From: Somniosus microcephalus | Lineage: Eukaryota | Direction of reading: 5' to 3' | Assembly (NCBI GenBank): GCA_052327205.1 | Contig: CM126213.1 | Span: forward strand, 68,014,001-68,078,000 | Length of the DNA: 64,000 bases | Part shown: one piece after another, positions 28,253-41,524 of the stretch | How the letters are laid out: each line of letters opens with the position of its first letter | How positions within the stretch are numbered: position 1 is the stretch's first letter | Made by a program: the position numbers and the translations under genes | Notes under the pieces: model-generated | Told to the model about the DNA's origin: nothing | Databases searched by the model: none | The model's input: the letters and a program-made list of their open reading frames with translations, nothing else

Positions 28253-28517
28253 TGATGTGCCTCAATAAATCCGAGACTCGATGTTAGCGAAACAAAACAA
28301 GGCTTTTATTGACTTAGAAGGTAACACACAGAGGAGAATGTATCTTCCATCCAGAGGTCTGCCGTACTGGATGTGCTGCAGGCTGGGCCAGCTTACATAG
28401 GAGCCAGGTATGGGCGGAGCCCTACACACAGTACAATACAATGGAAATGAAACTGAAACCAACCACAGTCACAGGCAGAGAAATACTGATGAGTGATGAA
28501 TGGAATATTTCATCACA
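28253..28517 (-). mobile_element. Solo LTR (265 bp) with 5-bp TSD
   Basis: TG...CA termini (TGATGTG...CATCACA); GACAT at 28248-28252 and 28518-28522; minus strand has a GC box, TATGTAA and AATAAAAGCC. Confidence 0.75.
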
Positions 28518-28869
28518 GACATATAACCCATACATTGTTTCCTCCACAGTTATAAGACAACGTAGAATTGTAGAACTTATGGTACGCTATGACTCACTGC
28601 TGGTGAGACTGGGGATGTCTTTCATCCACTCCACACAAAATAGTGTGCTTTATTTTGTGTTGCTGATGTTACTGGAAACACCAATGTCTAGCCATTATTG
28701 AGAATGTGTCTGTTTGGTGTCCAGCGCAGGCTCCTACAAGTATATTAATTAGGGATAAAAGATTGTAATTTACCATTGCACGTGTCTGAGTATCCATTTT
28801 GGCCTTTTACAAAAATGAGATTACACTGACAAAATGTAATTGGTTTTTCTAAGAGGTGTTAGAAATTAA

Positions 28870-29796
28870 GGCCTCGATATTAACCCCCCCACAACGGGTT
28901 GGAGAAGGTCGGAGGTGGGGATTAAAGAGTTATAAACAGAACGCGACCCCAACACACCGCACACGCGCCTGCTGCCTTTTTTATGACTGTGGATATTGGG
29001 GCAATTGCATGGCCAGCCATGGAGAGGCAGGACACTTCATTAACATATTTAAATTGGGCTCCCACAGTGCAATTGGGAGCCCGATTTAAAATTTACTGTT
29101 GCTGCATGGGTATCCCAGGGGTCCTCTTTTTGTTTGAACCCAAAAAAAACCAATTAGACTGTAAATAAACAAAAATTCAACTAAATCTTAACAAATCAAA
29201 TTAAAATGTGGTTTTCCAAATTGATGATGCACTCCAGTCCCCGCGGCGCCCACCGGTCGCGGAAATACTCAAGCGCACCGGCGGACACCGCGTGCTCCAT
29301 CTCCCAGGGGTCAGGAAACTCGGCAATGTAACGGAGGCGGGAGCTGTCAGCTTCAAAAGGTAAGTGCCTCTTTCAGCACTCCTGGAGGGGCAGGAGTGCT
29401 CCCCCCAGCACGTCAAGGAAGCCTTCGGCCTCCCCCAGCCCCGATCGCCGGGCTCCCTCTCCTCCCTGCCCCAATTGCCAACATCCCCCCAAGCCCCATC
29501 GCGGGCCACTCCCCCCTACTGATTGCTGGCTTCCCCCCAGCACCAAGTGCAGGCCTATCCCCCCAGTCCCAATCGCAGGGCTCTCCCGATTACTGGGGAT
29601 CATCCCCAAGGGTCTCCGGCTGTGGCCCCCTGCCGCTGGTGCTCCCTTCCATCCACTGGTCAGGCTGTCTGATTGGCCAGCTGCCGGGCGGGAAACTGAG
29701 CTAAAAAATGTTAATGAGGTCCCCTCCGTATTCCCGGCCTTCCTGGGTTCTTTGGCCATTTTCGGCCTCACCCGCCTCCCCATAAATATCAGGGCC
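28870..29796. mobile_element. Harbinger/PIF-like non-autonomous element (MITE)
   Basis: Imperfect TIRs GGCCTCGATATT / AATATCAGGGCC; flanks TAA and CAA; C-rich interior. Confidence 0.55.
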
Positions 29797-31223
29797 CAAG
29801 TCCCTGAAGTAAATCCACATTTCCTTAACAGCTTTATTTCACCTTTAGCGATTATTTTTCTGAGTTGATTATTATGACAAGTTGGTGTACTTCAGTGTAT
29901 AATTGTAATTAACCTTGATTTCTGGATGACATTGTTGTAACCATAGAGATGCAAACTCCATGGATTCTTATCTGTTTCCACAAAAACTGCAGCAAAAATT
30001 CAGGGAATTAAAAATAGGTTTGGGAACACAAGTATTTGAAATGTTATAAGGCATGTGGTGGTTTTAAAAATTGACAGAAATTCCACATAAATGAATGATG
30101 GCATGCTTGGCACCCCAATGTGTTGTGGCACTTGTAACCCTCGACACAGTGAGAACAGGAGAAAATTGGAGAGATGGTTACTCCACTCCACTCATTTATT
30201 TTTTAGTCATTAGTTTCAGTGCAAAATTAGTAACGTATTAGGATTAGGCACCCAATAACTCTTTCCCAGGATGAACATTTTAATAATACTATTTGCACCT
30301 TATACAATACCTTATCACATTAAAACATTTCAAAGCACAAATACCTCGGCTTTTCTAAAGATATTGCTAAAATATAGATGACAAATTGTCCTCTGTCAAA
30401 TAAGACAAATCTCTATTATATTTTTATAATTTTAGGTAGAGAGGGTAAATAAGATTTGAAAACTTCTTTGGCTAGTTGCAGCTGAGTTTGTTTATCTCAG
30501 TGTGGGGGAGTAGCCAATACACATATATATCCATAGTTTCCAATGAGAAATGGCTAACTTTTGTTGCTACTGAAACAGACTGTCATAAATTTAAGGAACT
30601 AAGGAAGAGTCCGTTCCGTACTTCTAGAGAAATGGTTATCACGCTTGAGGTTATGCGATGAATGTGGTAGGACAGGGTAAGGTGCAACTGACTATGGAGA
30701 TCTTTGTCATTTAATGCTGAGGGACAGATTTCCGGGAATAGATCCAGATGATTTAGGAATCTGGCTACTTCATCAGGAGTATAAAACTTTTGAGCAGTTA
30801 AGCATATGTGCTAATCATTTTATGGCTGCATGAGTACAGGTAAGCCTTCACATAGGTGGGAGACCAGACACCTCTTGCCATCCCACAGAAAAATGGTACA
30901 GTGAACCCCACCCTACAGGACTGTCATGCAGAATCCAGGGAGTACACTTCTAATATTCAAATGACCACAAAGCCAAAATAATGGCCAGGGTCAGAGTTCC
31001 CCTCTCCCTCCTCCTCCCCAGAGATATGCACCAATGACAGAAAGGTGGGAAATCAAGGCTCCCATCTTCAGAAGTAACAGTTTATCTGCTGAGAAAATTT
31101 GGTTCATCTTTACTCAACTACTTACAAACTGTAAATGTCAAACTCATTGATCTAATAAAGACACTGGTCAACAAATTTCAATGTTTACTTTATTCAGTTA
31201 TGTTTTTCACTAAAGAAATATTT

Positions 31224-31799
31224 AGGTTGAGTAGATTGGGACTCTACTCATTGGAGTTCAGAAGAATGAGAGGCGATCTTATTGAAACATATAAGATTGT
31301 GAAGGGGTTTGATCGGGTGGATGCAGGGAGGATGTTCCCGATGATGGGTGAAACTAGAACTAGGGGGCATAGTCTTAGAATAAGGGGCTGCTCTTTCAAA
31401 ACTGAGATGAGGAGGAACTACTTCACTCAGAGGGTGATAGGTCCATGGAATATGCTGCCCCAAAAAGCTGTAGAAGCTACATCATTACATAAATTTAAAA
31501 CAGAAATAGACAGTTTCCTAGAAGTAAAGGGAATTAAGGGTTACGGGGAGCAGGCAGGAATTTGGACATGAGTCTAGGTTCGGATCGGTCATGGCCCTGT
31601 GGGTAGCGGAGCGGGCCCAGGGGCCGTGTAGCCTGATCCTGCTCCTATTTCATGTGTCTAATTCTGTTAGATTCAGGAAATGGTTCTGTGATAGTGGATT
31701 GGCGGTTAGGATCAGATCAGCCATGATCTTATTAAATGGCGGAGCAGGCTCGAGGGGCCGATTGGCCTACTCCTGCTCCTATTTCTTATGTTCTTATGT
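31224..31799 (+). mobile_element. CR1 3' fragment, same subfamily as 1455-2378
   Basis: RLSRLGLYSLEFRRMRGDLIETYKI; TTCTTATG tail. Confidence 0.85.
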
Positions 31800-32412
31800 A
31801 ATTATTCTAAAACATAAAATGCTGGGTTCTGATGGAAGGTCATCGATCTGTAACGATAACCCTAGCTACCTCTCGCCACAGATGCTGTCTCACCTGCGGA
31901 GTGATTACAGCATTTTTTATTTTAATTTCAGATTTCCAGCATCTGCAGCATTTTGCTTTTTGATTTAAATTATTTTCTCGCCCAACTAAACTGTTGCAGT
32001 TCATGACTATAGTTATAACATCAAATCATACAAGCATACCAATCAACACTTAGAACAAATCTTGGGAACTAATTTATTGAATTGTGGGAAGAAGCAGAAT
32101 TATCCACTAATCAAATGAATCTACAGAAATTCACTAAGAGCCATTAAAACATTCATGGCCCGCACCCCACTGAAGTCAACCACAAAACACACACACGCCA
32201 TGTCACTTTGTAACTTGCATGATATATGGTCCATTACCACATTAGAATGGAGATCATTCTGACCTGTGAATGCATCAACACAACAAGACAATATGCTAGC
32301 AACAATAATGATGACAAAAGATTTTCAGTCTGGGGATAGATATCTCCTTGTCAGGAGCTAGAAGCAATGCTTAATATAAACAGTGCACACATAATGTTAT
32401 AAACGTTTGAGT

Positions 32413-32680
32413 GTCAACAGTGGCTCAGTTGGTAGCACTCTAGCCTTTGACTCAGGAGGTTGTGAGTTCAAGGCCCACTCCAGAGACTTGAGCACATAAA
32501 CTAGGCTGACACTCCAGTGCAGTACTGAGGGAGTGCTGCATTGTCGGAGGTGCCGTCTTTCGGATGAGATGTTAAACCAAGGCCCCATCTGCCCTCTTAG
32601 GAGGATGCAAATGATCCCATGGTAGTATTTAAGTACATAATAGGTTGTAAAGTGATTTAGGATGACTTGAAGTCTTCTTC
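32413..32680 (+). mobile_element. DeuSINE (SacSINE1-like), partial
   Basis: TGGCTCAGTTGGTAGCAC...GCAGTACTGAGGGAGTGCTGC. Confidence 0.7.
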
Positions 32681-32898
32681 TTTAAACAAAAACAAAATTT
32701 CAAATAACAAGGCATTAATCTTAATTTGTTAATGAATTGAATACTGTATAATAGATAAAGGGCATTGAGCAGGGCTTTGAGCTGAAGAACTCTTAGTCGT
32801 CACTGGCTCATCTGGATTAGGGTAGGTTCTTGATTCTCTAGCTCCCAAATGCTTCCATCTTTAATTCAATAAAAAATTTGGAAGACCAAAGCCATTTC

Positions 32899-33090
32899 TG
32901 TTGTGTCCGTGTATAATAAGACACAGACTGCAGGAGAACGGTACAACAGGTGTTTACTCAACGTGGCTCACACTGGAACTGATCTGTACAGATTACTACT
33001 CAGTGCTATATACAGGTGTGGTCACTGCCGGTACTGCAGTATACATGAGCTGTAAAAGATAGTTCCCCCCTTAAAGGTATATACATTACA
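32899..33090 (-). repeat. 3' LTR of Gypsy copy 1
   Basis: Direct repeat of 39360-39551; TG...CA; preceded by the PPT on the minus strand. Confidence 0.95.
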
Positions 33091-33199
33091 ATTCCTCCCC
33101 TTTTAGATTAACAGTACCATAACACTCATTTAACAATTAAATATCAAACTAATTACAATTAACACTTTTAACATGCAACATTAGCTGAAAATAGTCTAC

Positions 33200-34269
33200 T
33201 TATATATTCAGTCTTTGGGGAGGCTTCCTGATCCTTTCTGGATAGCGCCTTTCCCGAGTGTCTTGCTCTTGGTGCGGGGGCGATTCTGGCCCCCTGTCGT
33301 CGGTTGGTTCATCAGCTTCCGATGCTACTGTTTCTGGGGTAGATGCGACCTGTACGTCGGGTTCATCACCAGGTACGTATGGGCGAGGCATGGGGTTGAC
33401 TTGTTCCTGTGACTCTAGGATCTGGTCAGCATGGCGTCTCACGATGCTCTCCCCAACGTCCACTGTGTACATTAGTGGGCCTTGCCGTGTGCATATCGTT
33501 CCTGGCTGCCATTTTTCTGTTCGGTAGTCGCGGGCCAAGACTGGTTGCCCTACATTGAAGCTCCTTGTTGGCTTCTCATGGATGTGCTGGAATTGCTTAC
33601 TCTCAACATCTCTTCGTACGTTTGGTCTGAGCAAATCCAGGCGAGATCTTAACCTTCGGTTAAAGAACATCGTGGCTGGGGCCTGGTTGGTGACTGCATG
33701 TATCGCATTCCGGTAGGCGAACAGGAAATTGTCCACCTTGTGCTGCAGCGGAATGTTGTCATTGCACATAGCCTTTATTGCCTTCTTAAAGGTTTGTACG
33801 AACCTCTCAGCCAATCCATTTGTGGCTGGATGATACGGGGCGGATGGGTAATGCCTTACCCGATTCTTTTTCAAGAACCTCCGGAACTCTTCGGACACAA
33901 ACTGTGGTCCGTTGTCGGAGCAAATCTGTTCTGGCAAGCCATTCCTGGCAAAAATGGTCCGTAGGACTGCAATAGTTTTCTCCGTGGTGGTGGAGGACAT
34001 TTTGATGACCTCAGGCCATTTCGAGTGCGCATCCACGGCTATTAAAAACATTGAGTCCATGAATGGACCAGCAAAATCAATATGCACCCATTGCCATGGA
34101 GATGAGGGCCACTCCCATGGGTGTAGAGGGGCATGTGGTGGTGCATTTTGGACTTTCTGGCATCCTGAGCAGCTCTTGGTCAGGTCCTTGATTTGTTTAT
34201 CGATTCCCGGCCACCACACATAAGCCCTGGCTAGGCTTTTCATTTTTACCCCTCCCAGATGACCCTCAT
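33200..34269 (-). pseudogene. Integrase portion of Gypsy copy 1 pol, severed by CR1 insertion
   Basis: GHLG...CSGC zinc motif, HIDFAG / SDNG / LAERF DDE triad, ends KPPQRLNI. Confidence 0.9.
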
Positions 34270-35883
34270 AGATACATAGATACATAGAAGATAGGAGCAG
34301 GAGTAGGCTATTCGGCCCTTCGAGCCTGCTCCGCCATTCAATGAGATCATGGCTGATCATCCAAATTCAGTACCCGGTCCCTGCCTTCTCCCCATATCCC
34401 TTGATCCCTTTAGCCTTAAGAAATATATCCAACTCTTTCTTGAATATAGTTAATGAACTGGCCTCCACCGCCCTCTGTGGCAGAGAATTCCACAGGTTCA
34501 CCACTCTCTGGGTGAAGAAATTCATAGAAACATAGAAACATAGAGATAGGAACAGGAGTAGGCCATTCGGCCCTTCGAGCCTGCTACTCATTTCAGTCCT
34601 AAATGGCTTACCCCTTATCCTTAGACTATGACCCCTGGTTCTGGACTCCCCGGCCATCAGAAACATCCTTCCTGCATCTAGTCTGTCCAGGCCTGACAGA
34701 ATTTTATAGGTTTCGATGAGATCCCCTCTCAATCTTCTAAACTCCAGTGAGTATAAGCCCAATCGACACAATCTCTCCTCATACGTCATTCCTGCCATCC
34801 CAGGTATCAGCCTGGTGAATCTTCGCTGCACTCCTTCCATGGCAAGAACGTCCTTCCTCAGGTAAGGCGACCAAAACTGCACACAATACTCAAGGTGTGG
34901 TCTCACCAAGGCCCTGTACAACTGCAGCAAGACATCCTTGTTCTTGTACTCGAACCCTCTTGCTACGAAGGCGAACATACCATTTGCCTTCTTAACCGCC
35001 TGCTGCACCTGCATGCTTACCTTCAGCGACTGGTGTACAAGAACACCCAGGTCTCTTTGCACTTCCCCTTCTCCCAATCTATTACCATTCAAATAATAAT
35101 CTGCCTTCCTGTTTTTGCCACCAAAGTGGATAACCTCACATTTATCCACATTATAGTGCATTTGCCATGTTTCTGCCCAATCACCCAACCTGTCCAAATC
35201 GTGCTGGAGTTTCACGACATCCTCCTCACAGCATATCCTCCCCCCCAGCTTTGTGTCATCTGCAAATTTGGAGATATTACATCCAATTCCCTCGTCCAGA
35301 TCATTAATATATATTGTGAACAGCTGGGGTCCTAGGACCAATCCTTGCGGTACCCGACTAGTCACTGCCTGCCACTCGGAAAACGACCCGTTTATTCCAA
35401 CTCTTTGCTTTCTGTCTGCCAACCAGTTCTCTATCCAAGTCAATACCTTGCCCCCAATCCCATGTGCCTTAATTTTGCACACTAATCTCTTATGCGGGAC
35501 CTTATCGAAAGCCTTCTGAAAGTCCAAATACACCACATCCACTAGTTCTCCCTTATCTATTTTACCAGTTACATCCTCAAAAAATTCCAGTAGATTAGTC
35601 AAGCATGATTTACCTTTTGTAAATCCATGTTGACTTTGTCCGATCCAGTCACTGCTTTCCAAGTGCTCTGCTATTACATCTTTTATAATGGACTCTAGCA
35701 TTTTCCCCACTACCGATGTCAAGCTTACCGGTCTATAATTCCCCGCCTTTTCTCTACCACCTTTTTTGAATAGTGGGGTAACATTAGCTACCCGCCAATC
35801 CATGGGTACCGTTCCAGAGTCTATCGAGTTCTGGAAGATGACCAGCAATGCATCTACTACTTCTAGGGCCACTTCCTTAAGTA
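34270..35883 (-). mobile_element. 5'-truncated CR1 LINE (open RT frame 34367-35872) inserted in Gypsy pol
   Basis: NYRPVSLTS, YLDFQKAFDKVPH, FADD; (TATCTATG)n tail; CTCAT at both junctions (34265-34269, 35884-35888). Confidence 0.92.
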
Positions 35884-37632
35884 CTCATGAAGCTCATTGA
35901 GCAGTCTATCCCTTAACTTGGGTGGAATTACCACTCGGGATCCACACATCAAGGTCCCCCGGCACACTGACAGCTGTTCTCTCCTTGTCGAGAATGCTGG
36001 CAACAGTGAGTCGCCATGTGCTGGCCATCCCTTCACCGTCAAATCATATACCCGAGACAGTGTCGGGTCATTTCGGGTTTCCTTTTCGATACAAGCGTTA
36101 GTTACCGGTAGGTATTCAACTATAGTCGAATGGAATATTTCGACAGGATCCACTGCTGGTGCATCCTCCGCAGTAGGCAGTGGCAGGCGTGATAGCCCAT
36201 CAGCATTTCCATGCTGTTTCGTGCCCTTATATTCAATCTCATAGTGGTGCGCCCCTAGAAAAAGTGACCATCTTTGTAGTCGTTGCGCAGTCATCACCGG
36301 AACGCCCTTCTTCGGATTAAAAATGGAGACCAAAGGCTGGTGATCAGCCAGCAAGGTGAATTTCTGCCCGTGCAGATAGTGATTGAACTTTTTCACTCCC
36401 CACACTAGGCTGAGGGCCTCCCTGTCAATCTGGGCGTAGTTACGCTCGGCTGAGGTTAGTGATCGTGACGCAAAGGCTATTGGCCTCTCTGAGCCGTCCG
36501 AGAATTTGTGCGACAGCACCGCTCCAATGCCGTAGGGTGACGCATCACATGCCAACCGAATTGGTAATGCTGGGTTGTAATGGGCCAATACCTCTTTCGA
36601 TGTGATTAGTGTTTTGCTCTTCTGGAAAGCTCGTCTACATTCGTCACTCCACTTCCATGGCACCCCAGTTTGCAGTAGGGTGTTCAGTGGGTGTAGTATT
36701 GTAGACAAATTTGGCAAAAACCTATGGTAGTAGTTTACCAGCCCGAGGAACGATCTCAGTTGTGACACATTTTCCGGTGCTGGAGCCTTGACTACTGCCT
36801 CAATCTTCTCTGGGGACTTATGTAACCCCTCTTTATCGATAACGTGGCCACAATACGAGGTCTGTTTTCTAAAAAGCTCGCATTTGGGGCGGTTAGCTCG
36901 GAGCCCATATTCCTGCAATCTAGTGAGCACCTGCTCCAGGTTGGCAAGGTGATCACTGTCATTTTCGCCCGTGACCAGGATGTCGTCCAAATAACACTGG
37001 GTCCCTGGGATTCCTTGCAGGACTTGTTCCATTGCCCTCTGCCAAATAGCCGGAGCTGATGCTACCCCAAATATCAGCCGGTTGTATTGGTAGAGACCTT
37101 TATGGGTGTTGATTGTGAAGTATTTTTTTGATGATGCTTCTACCTCCATTTGCAGATACGCCTGGACCAGATCAATCTTAGTGAAGCGTTTCCCTCGAGA
37201 TAGCGAGGCGAAAATATCTTCAATCCGCGGAAGTGGATATTGTACGGTGTGAAGGACCGGGTTCACTGTTACCTTAAAGTCCCCACAGATGCGAACCTTC
37301 CTTGGTTCCCTAGGCATGCTGCTCAATGACTTTTTCATCACAGGGACGATGGGTGTAGCCCACTCGCTCCAGTCTACCTTGGACAGTACACCTGAATGTT
37401 CCAGACTCTCCAGCTCTGCTTCGACGGCTGGGTGGATCGCATAAGATACCGTTCTGGCCTTAAAAAATTTTGGGCTTGCGTTTTCTTCAATTTTAATCGT
37501 CGCTGTCATGCCTTTTCGTGTTCCAAGTCCTTGCTGGAACACTTCTTTCGCGTCAGTTAGGATCTTTGACAGTCGCCCAGGTGTGACGTCGTCATCCTTT
37601 TTGTCAGCCACAGTCAGGGCCTGTATGGAATG
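35884..37632 (-). pseudogene. RT and RNase H portion of Gypsy copy 1 pol
   Basis: WATPIVPV, RICGDFK, YLDD, LACDASPYGIGAVL, NADGLSRLP; in frame with gag across a TGA at 37633-37635. Confidence 0.92.
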
Positions 37633-38772
37633 TCAATCCAGTTGTATTTTCCGGATCCATTCACGTCCCAGTAATGGTGGTCCTCCATCTTGCAATACAT
37701 ACAGGTCTAGTTTTGGTGTTTTCTTACCGTTATATATAACGGTCACCCTTATTTTTCCTTTGGGGTAGACTTTTTGCCCCGTGTGCGTCTTCAAAATAAT
37801 TTTTGTGTCTCTCAAGGGTATGTGTGAGAATAGCCGCTCGTAGTCCCGTCGGTTTATGACTGTTAGGGCTGATCCTGTGTCCAATTCCATCTTTACCTGG
37901 ACTCCTGCTATCTTGAGAGTGACCCAAATGGTTCGGTGATCCTCCGTTGTGATCACATTATGTAGTTTCAGACAACTCAGTTCCCTGCTTTCGGAGTCGT
38001 TATCACTCTTTTGTTCATCTGAACTATTCTCCGTCATCTTATGTACCTTCTTGTACTTTCCTTTGGTAGGTTTCTTATTGCTGGTTTTCTTTCCCGACCT
38101 GCAGACTCGTGCTATGTGTCCTACTTTTCCACACTGTCTGCACACTTTGTCTTTGAACCAGCAATCATTCTGGTCGTGTGTTGTTCTGCCGCAGCGATAG
38201 CACTTCTCTGTTCCATATGACATTTCGTTTGTGCCATATTCTTGCGGTCTCTGTTGTATCTCTGCAGCGTCCCGTGCTGCTGCTTCATATGATACCGCAA
38301 TGCTGAAAGCCTTTTCCAGCGTAAGGTCCTTTTCAGATAAAAGCCGTTTCTGGGTTCCTTCACTTTGAAGCCCACACACAAACTTGTCCCTTAAGGTATC
38401 TGCCAGTCCCGCTCCAAACTGGCAGTGTTTCGATAGTTTGCGCAGTTCTGTTAAATAATCAGCATTGCTTTCATCCTTATGCTGGTTCCGTTTGTGAAAC
38501 TTGAATCTTTCTGCTATCAGCAGCGGTGTGGGGTTTAAATGTTCCTGTAGTATCGTTACTATGTCTTCAAAACTCTTTTCCATTGGCTTCGTTGGGGTTA
38601 CTAGATTTCGTAATAAACCATACGTCTTTGCACCCATTAAATTTAACAATACCGACGCTTTTTTGTCATCTGACACCTCATTTGCCTTGCAGCATACCTC
38701 TATTAGTTCGACATATGTAGTCCAATCTTCGACTTCATTGTCAAATGCGGTGATACTGCCACTCTTCGGCAT
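37633..38772 (-). pseudogene. Gag and aspartic protease of Gypsy copy 1, ending at a premature TGA (TGG in copy 2)
   Basis: Two CCHC knuckles, LDTGS, LLGREW; read-through would give LD[W]HSIQAL as in copy 2. Confidence 0.9.
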
Positions 38773-39359
38773 TTTGGGTGTGGTTTAAAATGTCGTGTCC
38801 CAATGGCTTAAAATGGCGTCTCCCGCGCTTTCCTTCCTCCCCCGCTGCTGCCAACACCGCTCCCAGCGGTTCTCATGACAATGGCGGCGCCCTGTAGGTT
38901 CCACGCGTTTCTCCTGCGCTGCTGCCAACGCCGCTCTCGGCGGTCCTCGTGGCAATGGCGGCGCCTCGTGGGTTTCTGCGCGTCTCTCCCTCTCTTCGAC
39001 GCTGCTCGGCCCCTGAACACCGGCTGCGCCCTGTGCACTCTGCCCTCTCTCTCTCCCCTGTCGACGCTGCTCGGCCCTTTGCTGTGCCGCTCGGTCGGGC
39101 TCTAGCCCGCCGCTGTCCGGGAAGGGTCTGCGCACTACCTGTTGCCAGCCCGTTTCGCTGGACCACCTCGACTGGAAAGCCAAGCCTGGCTCTCGACAGC
39201 CTCCCCTGCAATTCTCGAGTCTCTGCTGGATGACTGGGCGGTTGCCTGTGGTCGACGCCCGAGTCTCTGGCCTTGACCTCCAATCCACTGATCTCCAGGA
39301 ACGAATCCCCGGGAGGTGATGCAGAGTTGCAGGTAGGTTCGAACTTGCCTTGTCGCCAA

Positions 39360-39551
39360 TGTTGTGTCCGTGTATAATAAGACACAGACTGCAGGAGAAC
39401 GGTACAACAGGTGTTTACTCAACGTGGCTCACACTGGAACTGATCTGTACAGATTACTACTCAGTGCTATATACAGGTGTGGTCACTGCCGGTACTGCAG
39501 TATACATGAGCTGTAAAAGATAGTTCCCCCCTTAAAGGTACATACATTACA
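39360..39551 (-). repeat. 5' LTR of Gypsy copy 1
   Basis: Followed on the minus strand by PBS TGGCGAC. Confidence 0.95.
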
Positions 39552-39599
39552 ATTTCCTTTAGCCCCCTCCACAAAATCCGTGACCCATGACAATGATTG

Positions 39600-40269
39600 T
39601 ATCCTCCTCCTCAGTCACTGTGTCATGTTGAACCAGACTGTTTGTAACTTCGGCATACTATTTTACCCTAGCTGAGCTACCAACCCCATATTCTTTTCAT
39701 CACATAGACTGTCCACTTCCACCTCCATAACATCGCCCGCCTCAGCCCCTGCCTCAGTTCATCTGCTGCTGAAACTCTCATTCACACCTTGTCACCTCCA
39801 GATTTGACTATCCCCATCCTCCACTCTGCATAAACTTCAGCTCATCCAGAGCTATGCTGTCCCGCTCACTTATTGCTCCTGTCCTTGCTGACCTACACTG
39901 GCTCCCATCCTCCAATGTCTCCAATTTTACATTCTCATACTAATGTTTAAATCCCTTCATGGTCTTACACTTCATAATCACTCTAACCTCTTCCAACCCT
40001 ACAACTTCCCCAGAATTCCTCATTCTTCCAATTCTGGCATCCTCCTCCCATTATCTCACCATTGGTGGCCATGTTTTCAGCTGTCTATGCCCTATGCTCT
40101 AGAATTCCCTCCCTAAACCCCTCTGTCTCCTCCTTTAAGACCTTGCTTAAATCCACCTCTTTGACCAAGGGTTTTGGTCAGGCCTCCTAATAACTCCATC
40201 TTTGGCTCATTTTTGTCTAATCATGCTTCTGTATTGCTTCTTGGGATGTTTTCCTACATTAAAGGCATT
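39600..40269 (+). mobile_element. Degraded L2 LINE 3' fragment
   Basis: Similar to 14440-15150 (CTTGCTGACCTACACTGGCTCCC, GAATTCCCTCCCTAAACC); tail split by the MITE at 40270. Confidence 0.7.
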
Positions 40270-41195
40270 GGTCGGAATTTCCCCCTAAAAAACGGGTAGG
40301 TTTGGAGCGTGGGGCAGTTAAATAGTTAAAAATGAGATTCCCGACCTGATCCCACCACCAACCCGCCCAATTCCAGCCTCTTTTTTTACCTCCATTTTGA
40401 ATTTAACTGCCTGTGGACGGGTTTCACACAATTTGTGAAACCTGGCAGTTAAACTGAGGTGGGGGACTGCTACATCCAGGAGGTAAGTGGCTTTATACCT
40501 ATCTCCTCGATCCAGCGTCCCTACTTAACCCACACTTCGCGATCAGAGACCCCACCATGAGGCCTCCGATCACCTCCCCAGGTCTCCAACTCCCACCATG
40601 AGGCCTCCCCACCACCCCACTAATGATGCTGAGGCCGGCCACAATCCTCCGGTGGCTGGCCCCGATTCTCTCACCACCCCTGCTGATGCCGTCGACCCCC
40701 CGCGATCCCCGACCCCCCTCCTGATCCCCAAACGCCCCCTCCATCCCCAACCCCCTCCCAATCTCTGATCCCCGGCCAATGCCCCCTGCCGATCACCGAC
40801 CCCCCCATTCCCTGACCATGTCGACCACCTCCCCCGTTCCCCAACCATGCCATCCCGACCCCCCACCACGATCCCCGACCATGCCGACACTTGATCCCCC
40901 CCGATCCCTGACCACGCCACCCCCTGACACCCCACCCCACGATCCCCGACCATGCCGAACCCCCCCCCGCACGATCCCTGACCATGCCGACCCCGCGATC
41001 CCTCCTCCAGACCGACCCCTCGCATCTGAGGCCTACCTGCCCACAGCCAGCCAAGGTGGGAATCCAAGGTCTCACATTCAAATCAGGCCCTGCCATTAAA
41101 GTCGGCAGGGCCTGCAGGAAACTCGGCCACCCGGGTTTCCCATCCGCCTCGGAGGACCCCGCCCCCAACCCGCCTACCTGGGAAAAATTCCGGCC
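40270..41195. mobile_element. Harbinger/PIF-like MITE, copy A
   Basis: TIRs GGTCGGAATTT / AAATTCCGGCC; 3-bp TSD ATT; C-rich interior with CCGATC-type repeats. Confidence 0.7.
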
Positions 41196-41524
41196 ATTAT
41201 ATATAGGCAAGTTTTTATTTGTAATTAGAGGGTTGATTCCATTTCATGCTCTTGCTCTTGCCTCTTATTACTAGAACACACAGGAGACATCTGAACAAAT
41301 ATTTACTGCTTCCACTATACACACCAACCCTAACTGACCATCAAGGTATTTTTCTTATCCTTGCTTTATCATTTATTCTGTCTACTCATTTCACCCTCTT
41401 TTACTCTACAGACACAAAGGACACAGGTCTTTATGTAAAAAGCTGTGGAGTAAACAAGGTTTGTTTTCTGGGAAAGTTATATTGTTATGAGCTTCATGAA
41501 GTCTTAATATAAATACAAAATGTT

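Larger units (their letters stand above)
32899..39551 (-). mobile_element. Ty3/Gypsy LTR retrotransposon, copy 1 (disabled; nested CR1)
   Basis: 192-bp LTRs 32899-33090 and 39360-39551 (1 mismatch); TSD ATTTC; PBS TGGCGACAAGG; PPT AAAAGGGGAGGAAT; gag-PR-RT-RH-IN order. Confidence 0.95.

Noticed and set aside
33200-34360. 386-aa ORF as a standalone integrase gene
   Set aside because: It is a chance read-through from the CR1 3' tail into the severed Gypsy integrase
38785-39422. ORFs in the Gypsy leaders (also 44979-45683 and 51541-52183)
   Set aside because: GC-rich untranslated leaders; the peptides are not conserved between the related copies
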